Below are positions 12,567-25,507 of a stretch of DNA of 64,000 nt, piece by piece (position 1 is the stretch's first letter; each line of letters begins with the position of its first letter). Made by a program: the position numbers and the translations under genes. The stretch is taken from NCBI GenBank assembly GCA_000182565.2, contig KQ257451.1. One strand, 5' to 3'. Under the pieces are notes generated by a model. That model did not search any database. It was not told the origin of the DNA and saw nothing but the letters and a program-made list of their open reading frames with translations. Origin of the DNA: Spizellomyces punctatus DAOM BR117 (taxonomy: Eukaryota).

Positions 12567-13542
12567 TCAGCAAACTGCACACAAGGCTTTCACCACTAAT
12601 TCTATAGCACGATTCAGTTCCTCTTGCGGTCTATGTCCTTTCTCTACATCTACCGATGGGACATGGAGAAAAAATACAGGAGGGGCTACTTCCCAACGGC
12701 GTTTGGCCCAATGCATCCCATGGTAGAAAATGTACTCACAGAGATAGAGGCCGGCATTCGTACTGGTCCCAACCTTCCACAGTCCTTTTGAAACTTCAAA
12801 GGTCTGTTCAACGTCAGGAACATCTCCAGTATCATTCTTTTTCGCTATCTCTTCACTTTCCGTCGGTACTTCAGATGATGACTTGGAAGGCGTGTTTGGA
12901 GTGTCGCCTAGACTATCCAGCTCCTGTTGTACTCGTTCAACGACTTGGGCCAGTAACTTTGGACAAACCCGTAGCTCTTCTTCAACCGTATGCTCTCCCA
13001 CATTCCCCAATCCTTCAGGCGGAAAGCATTGATTTCCTTCGGGAAGGTCTCCGACGACGTCTTTTGACATGTATGGCCCGTTCCTGGCACGAGTCTCGAA
13101 TACCATGTGGGCGGGCTTCAATTGCCCACTAGCTCCAACATGGAGAACAAAACGTGGGGAACTTGCAGCATTGAAGAATGTTGGCGCTATGGCTTGTATC
13201 TCCAGTTTTAGTCTCTAATTGCACAACAACGTAGTGCAGTGGTAATCTTACCATGCACACGATGGTACTCGACGGGGATTTCCATGACATGAACGAGAAC
13301 CTCATTTTGTTGATGTCCTTCGTTGTTATCAAGGCCTAGGCCTGGGAACACCCTAGCTTGCAAATTACGGACAGATTCATACGAGGGATTCACCTTAAAA
13401 GATTTAAAGGGCTATTTGGCCAACAGGATGTTGGTTTTCTATAACACTCCTCCAGAAACAGAGAGACAGGCCGCCATACCCCATATCCTGTAATAAGGGC
13501 GAACTTTTGGTCAATTGAAGGCTCGTCAACTTTCTTCGTCAT
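12567..13542 (-). CDS. Pyroglutamyl-peptidase I (peptidase C15), multi-exon
   Basis: Spliced N-terminus LITGYGPF...NPS, then EIPVEY, FETRARN, catalytic AGLYLCEYIFY and FLHVP. Confidence 0.9.
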
Positions 13543-13788
13543 GGTGTCGGCTTGCCGTTGTCCCGAAACAGGCTGCTGATGTGTACGGGATTTCGCTTAC
13601 GAGATGCACGTGATCGACCGTCAGTGCTCGTCGTTGCTTTTGTAGCGATCTCCCATTGCAACTGGATGCTATCCATCCCGTTAACGGAAACCCTAAAACG
13701 TACTTTGCGCCCAAATTATAGACAGCATTTTTGCATCATTCACGGGCCCCTCGGAGGTGTTGCACTGACGTTGCCAGCCATCCCCACC

Positions 13789-16700
13789 ATGGGGACTGAC
13801 CGCGCGCATGTCCTCTTAGAGGAGACCTCGTACCAAACAGCGTTACGAACTGCGGTTGCAAACTTTGTTGTCGCCGCTGGCAAAAATGACGATGATGAGA
13901 TTCCACGCAAAGTGAAACCTGGCATTATCGTGCCTCTTTCCACTTTCTTCTCGGTCGGTTTGCTATGCTTCTTCGTATTTTGCTGCGTACGGACTTTTTT
14001 TCGAGACATTTACTCCCCCAGGCGAGCTCTGGCAAGGTGAGATGTGAACGCAGCCGGAGGGCAAACTACGGGAGATGTACTTGTGATGACGGCGCTATGG
14101 GAACTGAATCAGTTAATCGCATTTTTTTTATTTTTTTTTTTGAAACTCTTCTCAGCGGGCGACCTCCGCGTCTTCCTAAAGGCTTTCTATCATGGGTGCC
14201 CACATTATTTCGAATGCCAGAATCCCTTTTAGTCAGTACTGTGGGCTTGGACGGCGTCCTGCTCCTTCGCTTTTTCAAAATGGGAGCCCATCTCTTTGCG
14301 GTTTTGAGTTTTTTTGGCCTGAGTATCATTGCACCCGTCAACTACTACGCAAACCCGCCACAATTTGACAACTCTACTGGCATTCTCTACGAAGACGTTC
14401 TAATTCCCGCTCTCACGGTCGAGAACGTTCCCCATCAGTCGCCCTCGCTGTGGATCCATCTGTTCTGTACATGGTTCTTTTCTCTCGTTGCCTACGCCTA
14501 TCTTATAACGTATTATCGGGGATTAGTTGATCTGAAATTGCAATATGTGGATCACGTTTTACGGCGCACCAAAATGAGTAAGATCGAGCTAAGGTCCCTT
14601 ATTGTCTTTGGAATACCACGGGAGCTTCGACATGAGGTCGATCTGGCGTCTTACTTTGAAGGCCTCGGCATTGGCAGAGTGGAGAACGTAGTAATATGTC
14701 GCAAGTGGTCCCGTCTAAGAGAGGCGGTGCAGAACCGTGCGTATTACTTGACAAAACTCGAGAAAGTCTATGCTGCGGTTATGAGAAATCTTCATAAGCG
14801 CCCCCCCGCTAGCGGGCTTCCTATGTTCCGGAACGGTAGCTCCGGAAGTACCGCCACGGCTGGACCAACCTTGCATTCTGGGTCAGCGGATTCTGGGCTT
14901 GGAATTGATCTAGGCGGACGCGGCAGTGAGGAACGATTTGATGTGGCGTATAGCCCCGATGAAAGCGAGGATCCAGGTTCAGAAGCGTACCGTCCGCTCG
15001 CACCTGTCGGACGACGTTTTACAACCTCGGATCCTGTTGACGCCAGTATATTCGAGTTGATGAGTCGGTTAGACGCTGTCGATCCCCGAAAGCGACCGAC
15101 CCATAGAACGGGTTTCTTGGGCCTGCGCGGACCAATTGTCGATTCAGCCGAATATTATGCGGACAAGTTCAAAGAATGGGATCGTAAGGTTCGGAGGCTG
15201 AGAAGAGTACCAGAGTCCAGTCCGGCCACTTCGGCCGGATTCGTAACCTTTGAGTCGCCTGAGAGCGCGGTATGTGGTCATATCTGGAGATGAGCGTTGA
15301 TATTGGGCTCATCGCAGCTTTTACTTTTGAGTAGATCCTTGCCTCACAGGTTCTTATACACCGGCGACCATTTGCATGCATGGCACGGCAGGCGCCAGAA
15401 CCCCGTGACATATTTTGGGTCAATCTTTCATCCAAAGTTGCTGTTAGCTACATCAAGATGTTTCGTTCTGTCGCTGTGGCAGCCACGCTATTTGTATTGG
15501 TGTTTTTCTCAACTATTATCGTTACTGCTATCTCAGCATTGATCAGTTTGGAGAAACTGCAAAAGACATTCCCAGGATTGACCTCATTCCTTGACAACCT
15601 TGGACCGGGTTGGACGCAATTCATCCAAGGGGTTATTCCAGCTGTCGTTACTGCAGCGTGGACCTCTAGTCTTCCTGCCGTCTTAATCCGTAAGTAAATC
15701 TGATGCTCAGACATCCCTTGCTGCCGTAGTCTGAAATCACTAATCAAACCTCATATGGAACAGTTCTGGCGCAAGCTCAAGGTTTAGAGGCGCAGAGCTG
15801 GATCGACGCATCGGTGTTGTCCAAGTAAGCTGCCCACGGATGCTTTCTGAAGGAGGGTGCGCAATCTGATCCACTTTTTGCAGGTACTTTTTCTATCAAC
15901 TGTGGAATATCTTGCTGGTGCAAACCGTGGCCAGCAAAGTCTGGCAGTCCGTGTATGATATCATTAGACATGGACCTGGAGAGATCATTGATGCGCTTGG
16001 AAGTTTGGTTCCTTCGGTATGCGGAGGCCGTGCTTTTATCTCCAGCAAGGTTCTAATCACCTCATTTCACGCGTAGGCGGCGCCGCTGCAAATCAATTAT
16101 GTGATGCTTCAAGCAACAGCGGTTTATCCAGCTCAACTTCTCCTTGTCGGTCCCCTGATATTGACATGGCTAACGCGCATGGCACCTTGGAGTAGAAGCA
16201 CTCCGCGTCAAGTTTCTGACGCATACTATCCAAGTGTCTTAACAAGTATCAACTACGGGATCGCCTACCCTGTGCCTATTTTGGTTTTTTGTGTGGGCTT
16301 AACTTATGCACCTGTCGCACCACTTATTCTTCCATTTTGTACCATGTTTTTTGCAATTGCATGGTTTGTTTATAAGGTGAACCGAAATACCTTTTCGTCA
16401 TGGTACGATGGCCTCTGTAGCTGACCAGAATTTTTGGCCTTCATAGTATTTGCTTCTTTATGTGAATATTCCGCGTTATGAAACTGGAGGCAAACACGCA
16501 CCAATGGTAGTCAGAAGATGCCTCGCTGGCATACTCATCATGCAGATGACAATGATGGGTGTTCTTGCACTCAAGGCTGGGTCTGGAATCAAAACTCAGC
16601 ACCACGGTGATGACGAGAACGGTTTTTTCATAATGGATGATAAGGGAGGTGCAAAGTTGCGTTGGACGGGATACGTCCAGATGGTTGTTGGAGTTATGCC

Positions 16701-17835
16701 ACTATTGGTCATTACGAGCCTTCTTTACTGGTGGTTTAAGCACGGTTTTGAACAGTTGGTGGAAAACACCCCATTAGATGTTGTTGGAGCTGTTGCGAAG
16801 GACCTAGCTCGAAGTCGGAACGATGTTGGTGCGAGCACAGACGCATTGGTTGTTGGGGACCTGGAGAAAGGGAAAGAACTGGCGACCGTTACTTCGGGGC
16901 GTCGAACAGGAAACACCAATGGGACGATGAGCAAACGAGCATCAATCAGGGCCATTAGGGGACGGGTGCGAAAAGGTAGTACAGGGGCTGGTGACCGAGG
17001 CATAGGGCAAAAGGAAGACAGTGATGAAGACTGGATGCGAGAGACGTCTGACCATAGGCCGCTATCTACCGCGACCGATCGAGAGGTGCAGTCGTCGTCG
17101 AGAGGGCCGGTGGGTGCTGCGAGTTCGCCCACAACCTCAGATGTGAATGACCAGGCATCTTCCCCGACACGCTTCGACATGATCAACGAAGAGTCGTTTG
17201 ACGGACAAGCCTATCGCTACAGCCATGATTTATACGGTGGCGATGATGAGGCAACTAGCTTACTGATAACTGAAAACGACGAAAGTCAGTCACTGTTACA
17301 TGATGATCATGAACACCCGCCATCTGACATCGAGGATGGCACACCGACGCCTCATTTGGAGCCTCCAATGACGCGGGTGCCAGGCATTCTGGATGCTCCA
17401 TTCATATCGGCTACAGCTATCGTACCCGCTGGCGATGAGGCGGACAATACAGCCTCACTATATTTTGACAATGAAGAGGATGATCTTCAGATTCATACAT
17501 ACGTCCATCCTGCTCTGATTGGTCGCCTTCCGGTGGCATGGGTACCGGGGACGAGCCAACCGCGACGGATCCAAGAAGCGAGGGAGGAGCAGCGGCGGGA
17601 ACAGAAAGAGTTATATCGGCGTATCGTTGGAAGACAACGAGTCGGCGTATGGGAGTTGGCTGATGGTGATGACACTGCAGGTAGAAGTACCAATAGCGCG
17701 GGGCAACATACAAGTCGGGATGGAGTGCCGGGTGATGTGAGGGTAGGACGAAGAAGAAGAGATAGCGGTGTAGTCAGGAAAGTGTTGAGCTTTGTGGATG
17801 GAGTGACGAGTTGGGCACACTTGAGCATGAGTTAA
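13789..17835 (+). CDS. OSCA/TMEM63/CSC1 (RSN1-like) stress-gated cation channel, multi-exon
   Basis: GLDGVLLLRFFKM, LTVENV, AGFVTFES, APEPRDIFWVNL, GLTYAPVAPLILPF and YETGG motifs. Confidence 0.93.
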
Positions 17836-17893
17836 AAAGTTGTATGTAGGTTTATTGATATACATGTTTTAATGTCGTTTCATAATGTCGGTT

Positions 17894-20056
17894 TCAGCAG
17901 ATGGGAACATTTACTGCCAATCCCCCCTGACTGGTTTCCTTGTATTTCGATTGCATATCCACGCCCTGAATGTGGAGTCCGTTTAACACTGGTGCATGAC
18001 AGTGATGCGGCAAATCATAAGACTCCATACGTACCGTTTGCCTCATCGTCTCAATCACATTGTCCAAACTCACTCGATGGGTTCCATCGCCATTTAGCGC
18101 CAGTTGGGCTGCAGTGACAGCTTTAACTGCTCCAAGAGCATTCCTCTCGATACACGGAATCTGTACCAACCCCTTGACTGGATCACACGTCAAGCCCAGA
18201 TTGTGTTCCATGGCGATTTCCGCCGCATTCTCGACCATTTCCACACTAGCGCCCATAACAGCTGCGAAGCCAGCAGCAGCCATGGAACACGCCACACCGA
18301 CCTCCCCCTGACATCCCATCTCAGCTGCGGAAATGGAGGCTCCACGTTTGTAGAGCATACCTATTGCCGCAGCAGTGAAAAGGAACTCGGTGATGTCTGA
18401 TTCGTGAGCACTAGAATCGCTGGCGTCAGAGAAGAATTCGAGGTAGTATTTGAGTACAGCCGGAATGACACTAAAGTCCAAAGAAAGAGTCAATTTTCCA
18501 AACATCCATTTTTGCATACTGTATGTGCTCGCAAATCACATCCATACCCAGCTGCACCATTTGTTGGAGCTGTGACTACTCGTCCTCCTGCAGCATTCTC
18601 CTCATTCACAGCAATAGCATAAGCACTCAAAAAGTCCAAGGCAGGAAGAACCATTCGTTTACGATTTCTTCGCCTGAGGACATCCACTCCATCTTTGTGA
18701 TACTGCGACACACCCTTTGACCGTTGCGCGGGCACTGGAGTAGATGTTGATTCTGCCCGTCCTACACCACCGCCACGCTGGCCATAAATGCCTCTTTGCA
18801 ATTTTTGATACAACCCAGGCGCTCGCCGCTGGACTTTGAGCCCCCCTGGAAGCACGTCATTTTTATCCGCCAGACATCCATTTTCAATACTCTTGTCCAT
18901 CACCTCCCAAATTTGCTTGGTCTTTCGTCGGATCTCTTCAGCTGATCTCCATCTGCGCTCGTTTTCCCAGACGACTTGGGCAATACTCATTCCTTCTCGA
19001 TGACAAACCTCCAGCAGTTGTTGGCCGTTACGAAATGGTAGGGCAGCGGTTGTTACAGCCAAGTCTTGATTCTTCCTACCCTCTTCTACAGCGCTCGGAT
19101 CGTACGACATGTAGTACACGTTTTCACCGTGGGCGACACGCGTACGTTCATTCACAACGAAGCCACCACCGATTGAAAAATATTCGTTGCACGCTACGAG
19201 CTCTGCAGATTCATCCATGGCAAGGAAGCGCATGCCATTGGGATGTTGAGGGAGGGAAGCTGCGGGGTGGAAGATGAGGTCACGAGTCGGGTGAAAATCA
19301 ATTGGGTGAGTCCCGTTGAGTGTGAGGGTGGAGGTTTCGGCGATCGTACGGCATCTGGTTGGAATGGAATGAGCGTCTACCTTTTCAGGAGCTGTGTCCA
19401 GAGGTAAGCAGATAGAAAATGTGACATGCAAGACAAGCAATCGATGCGCAACGAACCTTCCCCTTCCAGTCCCATAAGAATAGCATTGCTAGCGTCAAAA
19501 GAACTCAGCTTTGCAGCAAGAATTAGACGATTAAGACTGTCATACGTACGGTGTGCCGTGTCCTTCTCCCGTTAACGCCAGACTTCCATACAAATGCACC
19601 TTCATAATTTTGACCCGCTCCAATACTCCGGCTTTCCTCAAATCCTCCAAAAAGATTTTGGCTGCTCTCATTGGTCCGACAGTGTGACTATCGACAGCCA
19701 CTGGGTCAGTTGGACGCGAATGAATACAGAAAGATTTGAATTTCGTAGCCTTACCTGGAGCTTGGCCCAACCCCGATGCTGAACAGATCAAATGTACTGA
19801 CAACAGCATGATGGTCGTCGTTGAGTGGGGCAGATGTTACAGCTGGCGTTTCCGCCACTATCGGCCGCTGGACTGGTGACAGGATAGGTTCGACGTCAAA
19901 GGCTGAGGCGCTTGACAAGCGTCGTGCGCTGCTGCCATTGCCAATAGGTTTCAGGAAGCATGCAGACGGGCGTGGGTATCGGTATGAAAGAAGACGGCGA
20001 GTGCAACGAATAAGCGGTGCGTGGTTGGAGGTAACAGCCGGTCGTAGGGACGCCAT
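17894..20056 (-). CDS. Fe-S-dependent L-serine dehydratase (SdaA-type, single chain) with a probable mitochondrial presequence
   Basis: [90 protein letters not shown] and [12 protein letters not shown]; Arg/Ser-rich N-terminus. Confidence 0.93.
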
Positions 20057-20857
20057 GGCGATAAACAAAAATCGTGTCGCTCACAAACAAATTTCGAAAA
20101 TGCAAGGATGAGCACAAGTACAAGCGTCCGACAAGACGTCCGCTATTTCCTCGTTATGCGTTCGTGACCTCGCCTATGCACTCGCTTATCGACAGCCGGT
20201 GGTGACCAAAAAAAAAACAAAAACAAAAAGGTCAAGGCCAACACCAAACACCGCAATGCAACTTCTTTTGGTAACGTCCGCGCTCACGTTACTTTTTGCA
20301 CTTGAATTTCATGGTTCAAACTCCGATATGGAAGGGCTTTGGGAGACATTTCAAAAAGATAACTGCAGATATGGCATTTTACATTTCTGCATAGCAGGAT
20401 ATCGCACAATGATCCTTGTCGCATTGCATCGCATCATGGCATATTACCCATTTTCAATCGTTATTCGACTGCCAATTAGTCATTCCAACGGCATTCCATA
20501 CTCGCTGAAAGTTCTTCCTTATTGCCGCGCGCATAGATTGAACCAAAAATCAAATCCTGATTTGAAATGTTTCGAACTGAATAAATAAACCATTGTGACA
20601 TTTAACCGACAAATGGTGAGCCCCTTTCTGAACGCATGCCCAATAATAGTGTGGTTATGCATGACTTGGAATGCATTCCATTTGTGGCACAGTCATGTAA
20701 GTCCAAAGCCTTGGCTGCAGAATCTGTGACGTGATCGGCTGACTCATCAGAGATGTCTGACGTCTAACCTGCGTTGAGCCCTTCTTCAAGAGCAGACGGC
20801 TGTTCCTCTACCTTGTTTCTCCACATTGGCATCCAGCACACAACAAAGCAGAGAAAA

Positions 20858-22108
20858 ATGCCTTCTGCAATTGTATTTGGCGCTAATGGCATCTCGGGTA
20901 CGGCAATGCTTCAAGCCTTGGTGGCCCAGGAACCAGCACAGTTTTCGAAAATCGTCGCCATTTCACGTCGTCCTCCTCAAATCAATCTTGACGATCCTCG
21001 CATTCATTTTGTCTCTATTGATATCCTCAACTCTAGTCTAAACGAAATTATCAAAAAGATGCGCGACGCTGGAACTCAAGACGCATCCCATGCCTTTCAT
21101 TACACCTACATTGCCAAGAACGACGAAGAGGAGCTTACAGAAGTCAACAAGGAACTGTTCCACAAGGCACTTGAGGCCACTGCCGCGGTTGCAAAGGATT
21201 TGAAATGTTTTTTGCTGCAAACTGGCTACAAGTATTACGGAGTTCACAAGGGTGGAAAGTACCTCGCGCCTATTCCGTTCAAAGAAGATGCGCCTCGACA
21301 CGAAGGCCTCAATTTTTATTATGTCCAAGAAGACATGCTCAAAGAAGCTGCGGAAAAGCACAACTGGAAATGGATCGTCACTCGGCCCAATTTCATCATT
21401 GGGGTTACTAAAGGCAATTTCATGAACCTCGCTGTAACCTTGGCTCTGTACGCTGTTCTTCGTAAGGAACTCGGGCAGCCATTCACGTTCCCGGGTAATC
21501 AGATCATGTACGACAACATTGTGGATCACTCGGCTGCTATCAACAATGCTAGGTTCCAGCTCTGGTGCGGAGAGAATCTAGAGAAAACAGGGAACAGAGC
21601 ATTCAACATTCACGATGGGGATAAGATTCGGTTCAGAGATGTTTGGCCCAAAATAGCAAAGTAAGAGCTTGTCCGAATCAAAGAAATTTCTCGTCGTCTA
21701 AATGTCACCTGTAGCTACTTTGGCCTTTCTCTGCCTTCTGAAGCCGAATTTTTCACAATCCCGAAGCCAAAGCCCGGCGAAATTGCGTTGCAACTTTCTG
21801 TTGAGGAATACGCAAAGGACAAGCACGACCTATGGCGAAAGATCTCTCAAAAGTATGGCTTGGATGAATCTGCGTTTAACTATGCCACCTGGGATTTTGC
21901 TGGTAAGCCACATTTACTCCTTCTCAGGCAGATTTGGATAGTAACTGTATGAATATCTCTAGACTTTGCGACCGGTCGGACATGGCCCGATGACGGGGAC
22001 ATGAGTCGTGCTCGGGAAGCTGGATGGACGACGACGGTGGATTCATTTGAAATGTACAAAGAAGTGTTTGAGAAGATGAAGAGGCTGCAGATGATCCCGA
22101 AATATTGA
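20858..22108 (+). CDS. PRISE / progesterone 5-beta-reductase-like atypical SDR (SirQ-like)
   Basis: VFGANGISG, LQTGYKYYG, NFYYVQED and VTRPNFIIG; two 3' introns, ending MSRAREAGW...MIPKY. Confidence 0.88.
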
Positions 22109-22127
22109 TCTTATATACCACATGAAA

Positions 22128-23601
22128 TTACATTGTGAAAGGATTCCATCTCATCATTTGTCCAAGATTTAAGCGCAAGCTTGATTCGCTTTCATTTGGC
22201 TCAACTGCTTCTTCATCCATGTCAAGTGCGCCGTCGGGATTTTCCCCTTCAGGCACCACTTTTCCCAGTTGGTAGGCAACCATTCCTTCCGTAGATCCTA
22301 CCACGATAATGCCTCGCGTAAGCCCGAGTCTCGCGGATGAGAACCCAGCTCCATTAACTTTAACATGACGCATCGTTATTGGTATGGGGATGTCTATACT
22401 GGAACTTGACTGTTCAAAGTAATGAAGGGCGATCACACCATCCCAGTCACAACTGACCAGGCAATCGCCAGCAGATGATGTGATTGCGGACGGAAATGCA
22501 GGATGGACAGTATGTTGACGGTGTGAATGCGCTTCGCGGCCCGGTCTGCAATCCCAAGTGTCAAGAATCCCACGGCGACGATGACCACCGACGTGAATCG
22601 TATACGGACTAGATGGATGCGAACCGGTCAGTGATGATGCATACATGCCCGTATGAAGGGCTTTGAGAAGCTTCGAGGGCATTCGGAGATCCGTAATTGA
22701 CAAACGTGGAAATCGTCCGCCAGTTACCAGTGCATGGGACGGAAGGTACTCCAGGCCAAGAACTGTCCCTTCTTCCCGCCAGCTTGCTAAACATGCCGCA
22801 GGTTTCGAGCGGCGATCAAATATTTTGACCATCGCACGCTCACATCCCGCAAATATTAGGTTTTCTTTAACGTTCACCGAGGGTACTGCATTCGTCTCCG
22901 TTGAGAATGTCGAGATAGTTCTTCCACTTTCCATATCCTACAAATGACTCACTGTCGGCGTTCCAGCGCAAATTGTCAGTAACTTTAAGACATACCTTGA
23001 TATAAATGTGTCCACCCCAGGAACACAGTAGTTCTTTCTCATCCCAACCACATCGGGTCATCGATGTGGTCCCTCTATGTCCGCTTCTAGGTGCTTCTGT
23101 ATATGATTCATTGCTTTCGACACTGTTGACACGATTGACACAGTGCAATCGCAAACCGTTTGTCTGGTCATCGGCCTCCAATTTCCAGAACGATAGCCCC
23201 TCCTCAGATATGGCAAATACAAGTCCGCGTTCTTCATCCAATGCTACGTCCCACACTAAATCATTGCACCCTGTTTTGCTTCGTGGTATGTTGTGGAGAC
23301 GAGAATATCGCCATCTGTAAAGCTGTCGGTAATTGGTTTGGAGTGAAGAGGTGCGAAACCTATTTGACAGATCCCTCCGAAACCAGACTTTTTGCCATAA
23401 TGAATTGTCTGTAGCTATCCGACATAAACGACGGGATGCTGCAGCACAATGGAGAATGTCATGTGCGGATAACTGGGAAAGAATGGCTGCGTGGAGTTCG
23501 TCTGGAAGACACTCCATGGCCCAATTTTGCCCAGCACCCTCAACGGCACAAGATAAAGGCGCGTCATCCCAATCGGATTTGTAAACTTGGCTTGGGGGCA
23601 T
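22128..23601 (-). CDS. F-box protein with WD40-like repeats
   Basis: LPDELHAAILSQLS...ASRRL...DNSLW F-box; downstream IFDRR, ITDLR, TWDCR and SCDWDG WD-like blades. Start may be 23517 or 23601. Confidence 0.75.
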
Positions 23602-23609
23602 TTGAGAAA

Positions 23610-25105
23610 ATGTACCGCCGTCAGCTCATTACATTCCTGCGACGAGTCGCTCCGTTGACCGTGCTCACCATTCCACCTATGAACCCAATCCCAACCCCCG
23701 AAAAGCCTTTGCAAAAACCTTCTCACCATGATCCCACCGGGGGCTTTAGGAACCCATGGCCGTCATGTCACATGCAGACACTTTGGTCTGCATTTGGCCT
23801 TATGAAGGATTGGCGCATGAGCAACACTTGGAAACTACCTCCGAAAGAAGAGCGAGTACAAGTGGTCGAAATGGATTGGGAGAAAATCAAAAATCCAAGT
23901 GCGGACGGTTCAATACAGGCGACATGGTATGCAGTACTGGCGACGGTTTGCGTGCCAAGGGGCTTGCTTTAATGTGACCCAGGCTAGGCCATGCTGCATT
24001 CTTGATTCAAATTGAAGGAGTGAATATTCTGTGCGATCCGATATTTTCGCACAGGTATGGCCAGATGTTTGTTTCTTCCCATCTGTTCCTGGCCGTACTA
24101 AAGCGCTCTTAGATGTTCCCCGTTCCAGTTCATGGGTCCCGCGCGCTATACAGATCCTCCATGTAAAATAGAGGACTTGCCCAAGATTGATGTGGTCATT
24201 ATCTCTCACAATCAGTACGTTTTTTGTAACATCTGTGAATCTGGTTTCCGAGTAATGGAAGTAACATTGCATAGCTACGATCACTTGGATCTTACCACGG
24301 TGAAAGCCCTTGAGCGCGATCACCCTCACTATTACGTGCCGTTGGGAAACAAGTCTTGGTTTGCGCCAATCACATCTTCAGTTACGGAATGCGACTGGTG
24401 GGATGAGCACGTACTTGAGTTGCCTGGAAAGGCCAAGGTCCGCATTGCATGTACTCCGTGTCAGCATTTTACGGGTCGCGGATTACATGATCGCAACCAG
24501 ACATTGTGGAGTAGTTGGGCAGTAATTGGGGAGAAGGGAAGACGCTTCTATTTTGCTGGGTGAGAACGAAGTGGCATTATGGGCAACACGCCGCAAGAGC
24601 GACGAGCTGACGACATTGGTGCAGCGACACAGGATACAGGACTGTCAATAAGGGTGCAGATGAAACTCAAGTCCCAATCTGCCCAGCATTCAAAGAGATT
24701 GGCGCAAAATACGGTCCATTTGACCTTGCATGGTGCGTCCAAAACACTAATAATGACCTGATGCCTTGATAACTGACGTGGCCCCGGTTAAGCATTCCCA
24801 TCGGTGCCTATTCCCCGCGCTGGTTCATGTCACCCGTTCACTGCTCGCCAGAAGATGCAGTTTGTGTGCACAAAGATGTAAAATCCAAGCGCTCGATCGG
24901 CATGCACTGGGGTACCTTTACCTTGACTGATGTACGTCTCTGCTCTGCAATGTTGCGTTCTTGGAGGTTCTGACGTTTGGTCTGTCTGTAGGAGGACATC
25001 AGAGAGCCGCCTCTTAGACTACGGGCGGAGGCTGAACGACAGGGACTCAAAGATGGCGAGTTTGGTGTTTTGCAAATAGGTGAAACAATTTCTGTAGGAG
25101 TTTAA
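23610..25105 (+). CDS. NAPE-hydrolysing phospholipase D (metallo-beta-lactamase fold, Fmp30-like)
   Basis: [21 protein letters not shown], spliced [34 protein letters not shown] and MHWGTF. Confidence 0.92.
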
Positions 25106-25507
25106 GTTGACGATGCAGATAGGTCAAACAATTTTCGTAAGAGTTCAAGTTGAAGATATAAAGTACATGTAGCTTTCTAACTAGATAGGATGGTATATTC
25201 GTCACTGTTGCCTTTTTCGAATCCCTCTGTGATCCTTGCTTGTGCGAATTTGCATATCTCTCCATATTCAAAAGGAAAAGCCTCAAAAACGTAAAATGAT
25301 GATGTGCAGTGCAATATCATATATTTGCTATATCTACATGTTTACAAAGGAAAACGGTATGCAAGAACCCTTCCTCTGCCAAACAAATCCAACAGTATCC
25401 CATAATCATATTTGCACAAGAAAGTCCTCAAACTACGAATGATCGACAGCCAAAAAGAAAAAAGAAGACACTATTCACCATCAGCAGCAGAAATACTGAG
25501 CAGCGCT

